Assembly (NCBI GenBank): GCA_031373665.1
Contig: JANMMZ010000085.1
Coordinates: 1,389-65,388, forward strand
Length of the DNA: 64,000 nt
Source of the DNA: Saprospiraceae bacterium
Lineage (GTDB): Bacteria > Bacteroidota > Bacteroidia > Chitinophagales > Saprospiraceae
Reading direction: 5' to 3'
Shown here: piece by piece, positions 39,924 to 49,860 of the stretch
Layout of the letters: every line of letters starts with the position of its first letter
How positions within the stretch are numbered: the first letter of the stretch is position 1
Program-made: the position numbers and the translations under genes
The notes under the pieces: model-generated
What the model was told of the DNA's origin: nothing
The model's database searches: none
Seen by the model: only the letters and a program-made list of their open reading frames with translations

Positions 39924-42869
39924 ATGAGCAGACAGTCGGAACAAATATTAGAAGAACAACTCATTGCCCAGTTGCAAAAATTGGGGTACGGCTATATTGT
40001 CATCAATAGTGAAAAAGATGTATTGCTCAACCTCAAAGGGCAATTGGAAAAACACAACCAATCCGCCCTAACTAAAACAGGCAATGCACAATTTACCCAA
40101 ACAGAGTTTGAGAAGATTTTAAACCTGTTGAGCAAAGGGTCTGTTTTTGAAAAATCAAAAATGCTTCGCCAAAAGCAACACCTTGTTCGGGAGCATGGAG
40201 ACAACCTGTATTTTGAATTTTTGAATACGGAGCATTGGTGTCAAAATGAATATCAAGTAACCAACCAAGTAAGCCAGGAAGGAAAATTCAAAAACCGTTA
40301 TGATGTAACCATTCTCATCAACGGTTTGCCATTGGTGCAAATAGAACTGAAGCGCAGAGGCTTAGAATTGAAAGAAGCGTTCAATCAAATCAACCGTTAT
40401 CAACGGCATTCGTTTGGTGCAAACGCTGCTTTGTTTCAGTATGTTCAAATCTTCATTATCAGCAATGGCGTAAATACAAAGTACTACGCCAACAACCGCA
40501 ACCAAAGTTTCAAACAAACTTTCTATTGGACAGATGCAGCAAACAAAAGGGTTTCTAATATACTAAATGGCTTTACGGATACATTTTTAGAGCCTTGCCA
40601 CTTGAGCAAAATGATATGCAAGTACATTGTGCTGAACGAAGCCTATAAAATTCCAATGGTACTTCGTCCGTATCAGTTCTATGCTGTGGAAGCTTTAATA
40701 GAAAGAGTAAAGTCACAAGGCCTTACGAGTCAACCCAAAAACGGTTATATATGGCATACCACAGGTTCGGGTAAAACCCTCACAAGTTTTAAAGCCAGTC
40801 AGATTTTAATGGCTTTGCCACAAGTTCATAAAGTGGTTTTTGTGGTGGATAGAAAAGATTTGGATTACCAAACGACTAAAGAATTCAACAGTTTTCAAGA
40901 AGGTTGTATTGACGGAACAGACAATACGCAAAACTTAGTAAAGCAATTTACAGGCACTTATGTTGACAAAAAAGGAGAGGCCAAAAATTCCAAACTCATA
41001 GTAACCACCATTCAAAAACTCAATACTGCAATCAGCAAATTGAAGTATGAGGCTAAAATGGCTGAACTGAAAGACAAACGCATCATTTTTATTTTTGACG
41101 AGTGCCACAGAAGCCAATTTGGCGATACTCACAAAAGAATAAAGGACTTTTTCAATAATGCTCAATTGTTTGGGTTTACAGGCACTCCCATTTTTGCAGA
41201 CAATGCTGCTAAAAACGAACACGGCAAGCGAACCACCAAAGATTTATTTGAAGACTGTTTGCATAAGTATGTAATTACAGATGCTATCAAAGACGAAAAT
41301 GTATTGAAGTTTTCGGTTGAATATGTAGGCAGATATAAGCATAAAGACGGACGAGAGACCAATATTGATATTGAGGTAGAAGACATTGACACTAAAGAGT
41401 TGATGGAAGATGAAACCCGTTTAGAAAAAATAACAGATTACATTATTGCACACCACAACCGCAAAACACACAGCCGAGCGTTTACGGCTATGTTTTGTAT
41501 CAATAATGTGCCTACGCTTATCAAATACGTTGATTTATTCAAAAAGAAAAAAGCCGAAGGATTACACAATTTGAACATTGCAACCATATTCAGTTATGGG
41601 GCAAATGAAGATGATGCAGATGCCAACGGCTTTATCAACTTTGAACAAGATTTTGACAATGTTGATTTGAATCTAGTGGCAGAATCAAAGCCCGAATATA
41701 AAATCAATTCGCATAGCAGAGACAAGTTAGAAGAATTTATAGGTGATTACAACAAACTATTTGGTGATAATTTCACGACCAAAGACAGCCAAAGTTTTTA
41801 CAACTATTACAACGACATTTCAAAGAAAGTCAAGGAACGCAAAATTGACATTTTAATAGTGGTAAATATGTTCCTTACGGGTTTTGACAGCCCAACATTG
41901 AACACCATGTATGTGGACAAAAACCTACGATATCACGGACTAATACAAGCATATAGCCGAACCAACAGAATTTTAAACGAGCAAAAAAGCCAAGGAAATA
42001 TTGTTGCGTTTCGCAACCTCAAAAACCGCACAGACGAAGCGATTACTTTATTTAGCAACAAAGAAGCGATTGAAGTAATCATCATGAAACCGTATGAAGA
42101 CTACACAGCCAAGTTTGACGAAGCCTTTGAACATTTAATTTCTTTGACACCAACTACAGACAGCGTTGATGATTTACAAACAGAAGATGACGAACTTGAA
42201 TTCATAAAGGCTTTCAGAGATTTGATGAGAATAAAAAATGTTCTCACTGCATTTTCAGACTTCAAATGGGAAGACTTGGAAATGACCGAGCAACAATTTG
42301 AAGATTTTAAAAGCAAGTATCTCGACCTTTACGACAAAGTAAAAAGCAACCACCAAAAAGAGAAGGTTTCCATTTTAGAAGATGTGGATTTTGAGTTGGA
42401 ATTAATTCACCGTGACGAAATAAATGTTGCTTATATCATTCAACTTTTAATCAAACTAAAAGCACAAGCTCAAAAAGACACGACAAAAGCAGAACAAGAA
42501 ATATTCAACTTGTTAAGCACCGAAACGACTTTACGTAGCAAACGAGAGTTGATAGAAAAATTTATACAAGAGAATTTGCCAGTAATTGTGGATACAGACG
42601 AAGTTGCACCGGCGTTCGACAAATATTGGAACGAAGAACAGCAAAAGGCATTTTCTAAATTGGTGATTGAAGAAAGCCTTTCACCCGACAAGACAGAAAA
42701 ATTAATTGAAGACTATTTGTTTGCAGAAAGGCCACCATTAAGAGACGAAGTTTTAGAACTCATTGAAGGCGAAAAACCAAGTTTGCTTCAAAGAAAAAAA
42801 CTGGGTGAAAGAATTTTAAAACGTATCATGGACTTTGTAGAAACGTTTATAAACGGAATGGCAGGATAG
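39924..42869 (+). CDS. hsdR: Type I restriction-modification system, endonuclease/translocase subunit R
   Basis: 981 aa. N-terminal nuclease-like region, helicase motif I WHTTGSGKTLTSF, motif II IFIFDECHRSQ, and later motifs TGTPIF and VNMFLTGFDSP. Confidence 0.95.
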   Translation: MSRQSEQILEEQLIAQLQKLGYGYIVINSEKDVLLNLKGQLEKHNQSALTKTGNAQFTQTEFEKILNLLSKGSVFEKSKMLRQKQHLVREHGDNLYFEFLNTEHWCQNEYQVTNQVSQEGKFKNRYDVTILINGLPLVQIELKRRGLELKEAFNQINRYQRHSFGANAALFQYVQIFIISNGVNTKYYANNRNQSFKQTFYWTDAANKRVSNILNGFTDTFLEPCHLSKMICKYIVLNEAYKIPMVLRPYQFYAVEALIERVKSQGLTSQPKNGYIWHTTGSGKTLTSFKASQILMALPQVHKVVFVVDRKDLDYQTTKEFNSFQEGCIDGTDNTQNLVKQFTGTYVDKKGEAKNSKLIVTTIQKLNTAISKLKYEAKMAELKDKRIIFIFDECHRSQFGDTHKRIKDFFNNAQLFGFTGTPIFADNAAKNEHGKRTTKDLFEDCLHKYVITDAIKDENVLKFSVEYVGRYKHKDGRETNIDIEVEDIDTKELMEDETRLEKITDYIIAHHNRKTHSRAFTAMFCINNVPTLIKYVDLFKKKKAEGLHNLNIATIFSYGANEDDADANGFINFEQDFDNVDLNLVAESKPEYKINSHSRDKLEEFIGDYNKLFGDNFTTKDSQSFYNYYNDISKKVKERKIDILIVVNMFLTGFDSPTLNTMYVDKNLRYHGLIQAYSRTNRILNEQKSQGNIVAFRNLKNRTDEAITLFSNKEAIEVIIMKPYEDYTAKFDEAFEHLISLTPTTDSVDDLQTEDDELEFIKAFRDLMRIKNVLTAFSDFKWEDLEMTEQQFEDFKSKYLDLYDKVKSNHQKEKVSILEDVDFELELIHRDEINVAYIIQLLIKLKAQAQKDTTKAEQEIFNLLSTETTLRSKRELIEKFIQENLPVIVDTDEVAPAFDKYWNEEQQKAFSKLVIEESLSPDKTEKLIEDYLFAERPPLRDEVLELIEGEKPSLLQRKKLGERILKRIMDFVETFINGMAG

Positions 42870-43228
42870 CCCATGCTTTTGGTGGCACATTTGCAAAGCC
42901 GCACGACCTGTCCCGCTGCTGCGGGAATGAACTAGGCAAATAGATAAATCGCTCAACTTTGCACAGATGTCCATCCCTCCTAAACGTCGGTACGGGCAGA
43001 GAGGCAACCAATATATCTTACTAAGTTCTACCCAATCTGCAAGCAGCCCAATTTGTAAATAGGGTTTTGTTTCAGGTTGCGCCACCACCTATTAATTTTG
43101 AGCAGGCTTCGCCCATCACTGTATCAGTTATCAAATTAAATCGGATGTTTTTTCAATGAACTAATTATTTTTTTCAAGGCTTTTCAAGGAAACATAGCCA
43201 AAACTAACATTAAAATTTTAAAATTAAC

Positions 43229-44362
43229 ATGGACAACAAACCTGAGATAATTCAAACAATCATTGAAAATATTTTTTTCGCTATACGTGATACATTAAAC
43301 AAAATAATACTTTTTATCTTGTTGACAATCATTAGTTCTTGCAACGCGCAAGAAAAAACAAACACATTTAATCCCCCCAATATTTCCAAATCAAGTCCAA
43401 CAGTAATAAAAAACTTTAAGTCCATTGCTGTAGCTCCTGATTTTGATACCACCTTAGTCAGTCAATATATCCGAAGTATTTTTCAGGATTCTAAAGGGAA
43501 TTTATGGTTTGGTACGTTAGGCGAAGGCGTAGTGAGATATGATGAAAAAACATTGACCTACTTTTCCAATCCTGATGGTTTTAATAACAACACAGTTTAT
43601 GCCATCAATGAAGATAAAAATGGTAATCTTTGGTTTGGGACTGACCAAGGCGTTTATAAATATGATGGAAAAACTTTTAAAAATTACAATCAAAAAGATG
43701 GACTAAACCATATAGACATAAGTCGAAAAAGCATCCTTGTTGACAAATCAGGTACTATTTGGGTGGGCACACATGGCGGCGTTTACCAATATGACCCGTC
43801 TGCCGATAGCAAAGGCGGTCAAAGTTTTTCATTATTTCAACTACTTCCTTCTATAAATATTGCTGGCATCATGGAAGACAAAAGTGGCAACATTTGGTTT
43901 GCTTCTTCGAATAAAGGTGTCTTTCGCTATGATGGAAAAACAATTACCAATATTGCAGAAAAGGAAGGTTTGGGAGAGAACTATGCAGGAGGAATCGCAG
44001 AGGATAAAGATGGAAATGTGTGGTTTACTATGAAAAACGGCATTTGCAAATATGATGGAAAAACCTTAACAGAATATACCCCCAAAGACGGATTAGGCGG
44101 AACTGAATTTTGGGGAATGATTATAGAACAGTCAGGTATTGTTTGGGTTACAGCCCGAGGCAGTACTACTAGATTTGATCCTTCTATTCCCTTACCAAAT
44201 CCCAAAGCATTTACGGTGTTTACAGTAAAAGATGGTCTTAATTGCTGTGTTCAAAGTATGTATCAAGATAAGTCAGGAAATATGTGGTGGGGTGCAGGAT
44301 CAGGTCTTTTCCGGTTTGATGGAACGCGCTTTTATCAAGTTAAACAGAATGGCCCTTGGTAG
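43229..44362 (+). CDS. Two-component-regulator-propeller (Reg_prop) repeat protein, probably a lipoprotein
   Basis: At least six repeats of the form GN(L/I/V)WFGT..GV..YDGKT(F/L/I)(T/K)(N/Y). N-terminal hydrophobic segment ending IISSC, lipobox-like. Confidence 0.8.
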   Translation: MDNKPEIIQTIIENIFFAIRDTLNKIILFILLTIISSCNAQEKTNTFNPPNISKSSPTVIKNFKSIAVAPDFDTTLVSQYIRSIFQDSKGNLWFGTLGEGVVRYDEKTLTYFSNPDGFNNNTVYAINEDKNGNLWFGTDQGVYKYDGKTFKNYNQKDGLNHIDISRKSILVDKSGTIWVGTHGGVYQYDPSADSKGGQSFSLFQLLPSINIAGIMEDKSGNIWFASSNKGVFRYDGKTITNIAEKEGLGENYAGGIAEDKDGNVWFTMKNGICKYDGKTLTEYTPKDGLGGTEFWGMIIEQSGIVWVTARGSTTRFDPSIPLPNPKAFTVFTVKDGLNCCVQSMYQDKSGNMWWGAGSGLFRFDGTRFYQVKQNGPW

Positions 44363-44368
44363 TACAAA

Positions 44369-44415
44369 AAGAGGCCGTCACATAAGTTCAACTTACATGA
44401 CGGCCTCTTTTTGTT
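44369..44415 (+). terminator. Intrinsic terminator
   Basis: aagaggccgtca (44369-44380) pairs with tgacggcctctt (44398-44409), followed by a T-run. It lies immediately after the stop at 44362. Confidence 0.75.
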
Positions 44416-44647
44416 AACCCTCTTCTGCAACAGTCCTACAACCCATCAAAACAAATCTTCCCGTTTTGGTGGAATGTCTTTGTTGCTCAACACAACCTAG
44501 TGGCGGGCAGGATTAGGCGATACTTGCCATATTTGCCCTGCACTCAATGAAACAAATTTTTATAGGAAAACCATGATTCTTTAAATAGGCATCGTTTATA
44601 CTTCATAAAATATATGTATATTTGCCCTTCATAAAAATATTAGTAAC

Positions 44648-45703
44648 ATGAAAAAAACAACAATCATTCTTCTTTTTACGCTAGGCCTTCTTCGCCTACA
44701 TGCACAAACACTGCCCGTTTCTGTATTACCCAAACCTGCACAGAAAATGCTGGTTGACTTCGCCTTTGTGAAAGGTGATTCACTGCTTACAGGGGTGTAT
44801 TTCGGTTGGGATAGTCTGCAATTTCATCTGCCAAAAACACTTGCGGTGTCCGCTTTTTACATCAACCGATATGAGGTTTCGGTGAAGGCTTATCATAAGT
44901 TTTGTCGGGGAAACACGGCCTCAACAGATTGCCCAGATACTACTGTTTGGCTCTCGGAGTTCCCATACTCTTTTAACAAACCGATAGCCGATAAGTATTT
45001 TAAGCATCCAACCTTTCATCAGCATCCCGTTATTTGTGTCACTTGGGATCAAGCCGTTCGGTATTGCGCCTGGCAGACCAAGCAAATCAATGCCTTACTA
45101 GACAATAGCGAATACAGTGTCGAAATACGGCTGCCTACTGAAGCGGAGTGGGAATTGGCGGCATTGGGCCCTGATTTGTATGCAAAAGATAGGCAAGGGA
45201 GTAGGTACAGAAGAATGTTTCCTTGGGATTTAGAATACTTTAAAATAGATAAAAATGGCCTTCATTTTCAATGCAACGCTGGCCCTACGAGAACACCTCA
45301 AGCAGATTTTACTTTATTAGGATATCGGGAAGATGGTTATACCTACACTGCTCCAGTTCAATCCTACGAACACAATGGTGCTGGATTGTATCAAATGGCA
45401 GGCAATGCTGCGGAGTGGACTTCTGACCGCTTTTCTATTGATTCTATTGCCCTTGCAGAGATAATAGAAAAAAAACTAGAAAAAAAGCCAGATCTTTTGT
45501 ACAACTCAAAGTTGTTGAATCGGTTTCGGCCTCCATTTCCGACGCATCAATACGACGATTATATGATTGTGAAAGGTGGTTCTTGGGTAGATGAGCCGTT
45601 TTATATGCAAATCAGTGTACGCAAAATCCAACACCCCACCCAGGCGAGTGCGACCATTGGTTTTCGGCCAGTTTGTGTGGTGAGGCGGAAGAAGCAAGAG
45701 TGA
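44648..45703 (+). CDS. Formylglycine-generating-enzyme (SUMF1/FGE) family protein with a signal peptide
   Basis: HPVICVTWDQAVRYCAW, MAGNAAEWTSD and VKGGSW are family hallmarks. Signal MKKTTIILLFTLGLLRLHAQ. Confidence 0.8.
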   Translation: MKKTTIILLFTLGLLRLHAQTLPVSVLPKPAQKMLVDFAFVKGDSLLTGVYFGWDSLQFHLPKTLAVSAFYINRYEVSVKAYHKFCRGNTASTDCPDTTVWLSEFPYSFNKPIADKYFKHPTFHQHPVICVTWDQAVRYCAWQTKQINALLDNSEYSVEIRLPTEAEWELAALGPDLYAKDRQGSRYRRMFPWDLEYFKIDKNGLHFQCNAGPTRTPQADFTLLGYREDGYTYTAPVQSYEHNGAGLYQMAGNAAEWTSDRFSIDSIALAEIIEKKLEKKPDLLYNSKLLNRFRPPFPTHQYDDYMIVKGGSWVDEPFYMQISVRKIQHPTQASATIGFRPVCVVRRKKQE

Positions 45704-45792
45704 GCGTTAGGGCAATGTCGTTAAGTTAATTTTATTTTGTCACTTTAAAAAATCAGGAATACTTGAATCTGGTATTTTTTATCTTGCTTTTC

Positions 45793-46078
45793 TTGGTAAA
45801 AGGCTGTTGCCATTTACCCTACTTCAATGGCCTTATCTAAATTCCGACGGAGCACTCAAAAAAATGCGTGCCGCAGGCAAAACTTGGCTTTTTAAAAACT
45901 GTTTGAGCCATGATCAAGTGTCGGGGCGCAGCCCCCGCTCCATCATGCGGCGAGTTTTTTTAAAAAGATAAGTTTTAGCGTTTTTTTGAGTAGCGCAGTC
46001 GTGGAATTTAGATAAAGCCAAGTCTTTTGGGTTACTTTTTTGACGAAAAAAGTGACAAAAGCAAGGAAGCCTGTAGTG
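45793..46078 (+). repeat. ~286-bp structured (rod-like hairpin) repeat, copy 1
   Basis: Aligns at roughly 90 percent by eye with 49575-49860 in the same orientation. Internal inverted repeats: aattccgac..ctcaaaaaaatgc versus gc.tttttttgag..gtcgtggaatt, plus the cggggc...gcccc hairpin. A 15-nt exact direct repeat ttttatcttgctttt lies at 45777-45791 and 46138-46152. Confidence 0.85.
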
Positions 46079-46336
46079 ATTTTAACTAGTGAATATTATG
46101 CTGCTGTACTTTATACTCATTTTTAAATCATTCCTACTTTTATCTTGCTTTTTACCTCTAAAGTGGAGGAAGTTATTTAATCCGTATTACTAAGAATGAC
46201 GCCGAAATCATCAATAAAACCAATGGATTTAACAAATGGAGGACCTCATCCGAGGTCGAGATTGTGGTAAAATGTAAACTCCTACAAATGGGAAGCCTCT
46301 CCGAGGCTGGTTTTGCGACAACCGATCAACCCTGCC

Positions 46337-47869
46337 CTATTGGCTCCGCAAAAACATCACCGACCGCTCAATATCCACACTCAATATCCGATCCTCTTTC
46401 AAGCGCGGCACCACCTGACGGTATTGTACATACAAGGCTTCCGTTTGGGGCGAAGACCGTTGTGGCCTCCTGAAATCAAGGGCTTGCATCACAATCATCA
46501 ATTCTATCGCCAACAAACGCTCCAAATTGAGTACCACCCGCATGGCTTTGGTAGCCGCATTGGCGGCCATACTTACGTGGTCTTCTTGTCCATTGCAACT
46601 CACAATACTATCTGCGGAGGCAGGCATACAAAGCGTTTTGTTTTGACTCACAATGGAAGCGGCGGTATATTGAGCGATCATCATGCCAGAGTGCAGGCCT
46701 GGGTTTTCGGTCAGAAAAGCAGGCAGCCCCCTAGTGCCGCTGATGAGTTGATAGACCCGCCGTTCGGAGATGCTGCCCAATTCGGACAAAGCCAAAGCCA
46801 TATAATCCAAGGGCAATGCCAAGGGCTGCGCGTGGAAATTACCACCAGAGACAATGAGGTCTTCTTCTGGAAATAAATTTGGGTTGTCCGTCACAGAATT
46901 GACTTCGGTGGTAATCACTTGTGCTATATAACGGAGGGCATCATGGCTGGCTCCATGCACCTGTGGTACGCAACGGAAAGCATAGGGGTCTTGCACGGTC
47001 GTCTTAGGAGTCTGGGCTATCTCGCTGCCTTCGAGCCAATGGCGGAGGTTGCGAGCAGTATCCACCTGACCTTGGTGAGGCCTGATCCGGTGTATGCCCT
47101 CGTGGAGGGGCGAGAGACTGCAATGAAAAGCATCATAACCTACAGCCGCGTTGATATCTGCTTGGCGCGCCAATGTACGCGCTTTCAAAGCGCACCATAC
47201 GGCATAAGCCGCTGAAAACTGGGTGCCATTGAGGAGGGCTAATGCCTCTTTTTCTTTAAAAACTAAGGGGTTCCACCCTTGCAATTTCAATGCCTCATTG
47301 GAGGGTATTCGTTGGCCTCGATACCATACTTCACCCAGCCCAATGAGGGGCAGGCTCAAGTGTGCCAAAGGAGCCAGATCGCCAGAGGCACCCAAGGATC
47401 CCAACTCAAAAATAACGGGCAATACATCAGCATTGTAAAAATTAATCAATCGCTCCACCAAGGCCAATCGAATACCGGAATGTCCGTAAGAAAGGCTTTG
47501 TATTTTGAGCAAAAGCATGATCTTAACCACCGCTGGCGGCACGGTATCGCCAGTGCCAGCGGCATGGCTCACGACAAGGTTATACTGCAACTGTTCTATA
47601 TCGGCAGCGGAGATTCGGATATTGCAAAGGGAACCGAAACCAGTATTGATCCCATAATGAAGGTGATCGGTATTCGATATTTTTTGCTCCAAAAAAGCCC
47701 TGCAAGCATTGATCTGCTGAGTGGCGGCCTCCGATAAGGCCAGTGATCCCGATCCCGTTATCAGGTGCTCAATTTGGTCGAGGGTTATGTGGTCGGGCGA
47801 AATTAGGTGTGTCAAGTGTGGTGCTATTTCTAAAATTTCAGACAATAATGGTTCGGAATGTTGCATCAA
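46337..47869 (-). CDS. hutH: Histidine ammonia-lyase
   Basis: 510 aa. MIO-forming GSLGASGDLAPLAHL, YGINTGFG, and NLVVSHAAGTG. The S-H at the selectivity position is the HAL type. Confidence 0.9.
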   Translation of the reverse strand: MMQHSEPLLSEILEIAPHLTHLISPDHITLDQIEHLITGSGSLALSEAATQQINACRAFLEQKISNTDHLHYGINTGFGSLCNIRISAADIEQLQYNLVVSHAAGTGDTVPPAVVKIMLLLKIQSLSYGHSGIRLALVERLINFYNADVLPVIFELGSLGASGDLAPLAHLSLPLIGLGEVWYRGQRIPSNEALKLQGWNPLVFKEKEALALLNGTQFSAAYAVWCALKARTLARQADINAAVGYDAFHCSLSPLHEGIHRIRPHQGQVDTARNLRHWLEGSEIAQTPKTTVQDPYAFRCVPQVHGASHDALRYIAQVITTEVNSVTDNPNLFPEEDLIVSGGNFHAQPLALPLDYMALALSELGSISERRVYQLISGTRGLPAFLTENPGLHSGMMIAQYTAASIVSQNKTLCMPASADSIVSCNGQEDHVSMAANAATKAMRVVLNLERLLAIELMIVMQALDFRRPQRSSPQTEALYVQYRQVVPRLKEDRILSVDIERSVMFLRSQ

Positions 47870-48217
47870 ATGAATAAGGTATTATTGACGCATTCTTTAG
47901 GGCGGGCAAAATTACGAATTAGTAATGGTGAAACAATCAGATAAAAAGGATAAGTTATTATTTCGCCGTTACTTGGCTCGGAAGGAATAACCACGTTAAA
48001 ATTAATTTAAAAGCGGTTAAGCAGTGGTTAATGTTTAGCAAAGCCTTTGGATGTTCATTTTAATAAGATATTGACAATCAATTTATTATAAAAAAAACAT
48101 TCAAAAAACCAAGAAATACTAAGCAACTTTACTACACATTGTTACGTCTAATCACTGCAAGGAACTAGAAATACTAGTACTTTTGCCTTATTCACCATCA
48201 AATAATATTAATCAATT

Positions 48218-48733
48218 ATGTTTAAGAAGATTTTTTCATCCGTTCTATTTGTATTGGCTGTTGCTTTGACTGCTCAAGCCCAACGTATCGCTTTTGTAGA
48301 TGTCACCGACGTTTTAGAAAGCCTACCAGATTATCAAAAAGCCCAAGAGCAATTGGATAAAGTGGCCACACAATGGCGACAAGAAATTGCGCAAGAGCAA
48401 GACAAAGTAAAAGGTATGTACAGCAAGTACCAAGCAGAACAAGTGTTGCTCAGCGATGAAATGAAAAAACAACGTGAAGAGGAAATTCTAACCAAAGAAA
48501 AAGAAGTGCGCGAAATGCAACGCCAAAAATTTGGTTCTGAAGGCTCTCTATTCAAAAAGCGCGAAGAACTTGTAAAGCCCATCCAAGACAAAGTGTATGG
48601 TGCCATTGAGCGTTTTGCTACTGAGAAAGGCTATGAATTTATCTTTGAAAAAGGCAGCGCGTCAGGTATGATCTTTGCAGACAAGCGCAACGATAAAACA
48701 GAAGATATCAAAACGATGCTTAAAAAAGGCTAG
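48218..48733 (+). CDS. OmpH/Skp family periplasmic chaperone
   Basis: 171 aa. Signal peptide ending AQAQ. Family-typical IAFVDV...LESLPDYQKAQEQL, and a K/E/Q-rich coiled-coil body. Confidence 0.85.
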   Translation: MFKKIFSSVLFVLAVALTAQAQRIAFVDVTDVLESLPDYQKAQEQLDKVATQWRQEIAQEQDKVKGMYSKYQAEQVLLSDEMKKQREEEILTKEKEVREMQRQKFGSEGSLFKKREELVKPIQDKVYGAIERFATEKGYEFIFEKGSASGMIFADKRNDKTEDIKTMLKKG

Positions 48734-48825
48734 ACCGTGTGAATACCTATCGAAACTTTACTTAATCGTTACTTAATTCCCTATCTTTGCGGTTTCATTC
48801 TTTAAATTTTAGAAACACATTAATT

Positions 48826-49335
48826 ATGAATAAGACTTTTTTGCTGGCACTGAGCCTGCTTTTAAGTATCACAACCCTTGCAAGTGCCCAAAAATTTGGG
48901 TTTTGCAACTCTGCTCTTCTTATGACCCAATTGCCCGAAGTGAAGGCTGCCGATAGCGATTTGCAAGCATTTCAGACTCAATTGACTAAAGTAGGCCAAC
49001 AGCGTGTAAAAAACTTGCAGGATAAGGCTGCCGAACTGAAATCTAAACAAGATCGCGGTGCTATTTCGCGAGTAGATGGCGAAACCCAGACGGCATTGTT
49101 GCAAGCCGAACAGGAATCTATCGCTGATTATGAGCAAGAGGTTTACTCTAAATTAGCGCAAAAACGCCAAGAATTGTATAAGCCAATCTTTGATAAAGTA
49201 AACGAAGCCATGAAAGTGGTGGCTGCCGAAAATGGTTTTCAATTTGTATTTGACTCCAGTACCCAAGTGGTGCTTTACGGCCATGAATCGCTGGATGTCA
49301 CTTCGCTCTTGAAGGTAAAATTGGGCCTCAACTAA
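48826..49335 (+). CDS. OmpH/Skp family periplasmic chaperone (second copy)
   Basis: ATG at 48826 gives MNKTFLLALSLLLSITTLASAQ; the track start at 48787 is a TTG. Same coiled-coil architecture as the first copy. Confidence 0.85.
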   Translation: MNKTFLLALSLLLSITTLASAQKFGFCNSALLMTQLPEVKAADSDLQAFQTQLTKVGQQRVKNLQDKAAELKSKQDRGAISRVDGETQTALLQAEQESIADYEQEVYSKLAQKRQELYKPIFDKVNEAMKVVAAENGFQFVFDSSTQVVLYGHESLDVTSLLKVKLGLN

Positions 49336-49383
49336 GCCTTTATCAATAGTTTAAGAAGTGCATCACATCGGCTGCACTATATA

Positions 49384-49430
49384 AAAAATAGCACACCTAA
49401 CACGACGCTTGTTAGATGTGCTATTTTTTT
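49384..49430 (+). terminator. Intrinsic terminator
   Basis: aatagcacacctaaca pairs with tgttagatgtgctatt with one mismatch, followed by T7. It lies ~50 nt after the stop at 49335. Confidence 0.75.
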
Positions 49431-49574
49431 ACTGTTTTTAAATAAAAACCCCGCCTAAATCCGCGTTTTGTAGATCTTACGACGTGGCGTGGTTTCTATT
49501 CGCATTTCCATGTGTAGGCCATCAGGCTAAGGTCAATAAATTGATGCTTGTACCTCCATCGTTGTTGGCTAAAA

Positions 49575-49860
49575 GGTTGTTGCTATTTACCCTACTTCAA
49601 TGGCCTTATATAAATTCCGACGGAGCACTCAAAAAAATGCTTGCCGCAGGCAAAAATTGTCTTTTTAAAAACTTTCTGAGCCATGACCAAGAGACGGGGC
49701 AAAGCCCCGCTCTATCATGCGGCGAGTTTTTTAAAAAAGATAAGTTTTAGCATTTTTTTGAGTAGCGCAGTCGTGGAATTTATATAAAGCCAGGTCTTTT
49801 TGGTTACTTTTTTGACGAAAAAAGTGACAAAAGCAAGGGAAAATGTAGTGTTTTTTCTAA
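49575..49860 (+). repeat. ~286-bp structured repeat, copy 2
   Basis: See copy 1. The track ORF 49484..49750 is a translation artefact of this repeat. Confidence 0.85.

Noticed and set aside
44648-45703. I asked whether the FGE/SUMF1-like lipoprotein could be the T9SS core component GldK/PorK.
   Set aside because: There are no adjacent gldL, gldM or gldN-like genes, and the protein is shorter than I recall for GldK. I call it only a generic FGE-family protein.
46337-47869. I asked whether the solo ammonia-lyase could be a tyrosine or phenylalanine ammonia-lyase, such as the flexirubin-type TAL, instead of HutH.
   Set aside because: The selectivity-switch position reads S-H in NLVVSHAAG, the histidine ammonia-lyase pattern. 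TAL has H-L and PAL has F-L. No polyketide or flexirubin genes are nearby.
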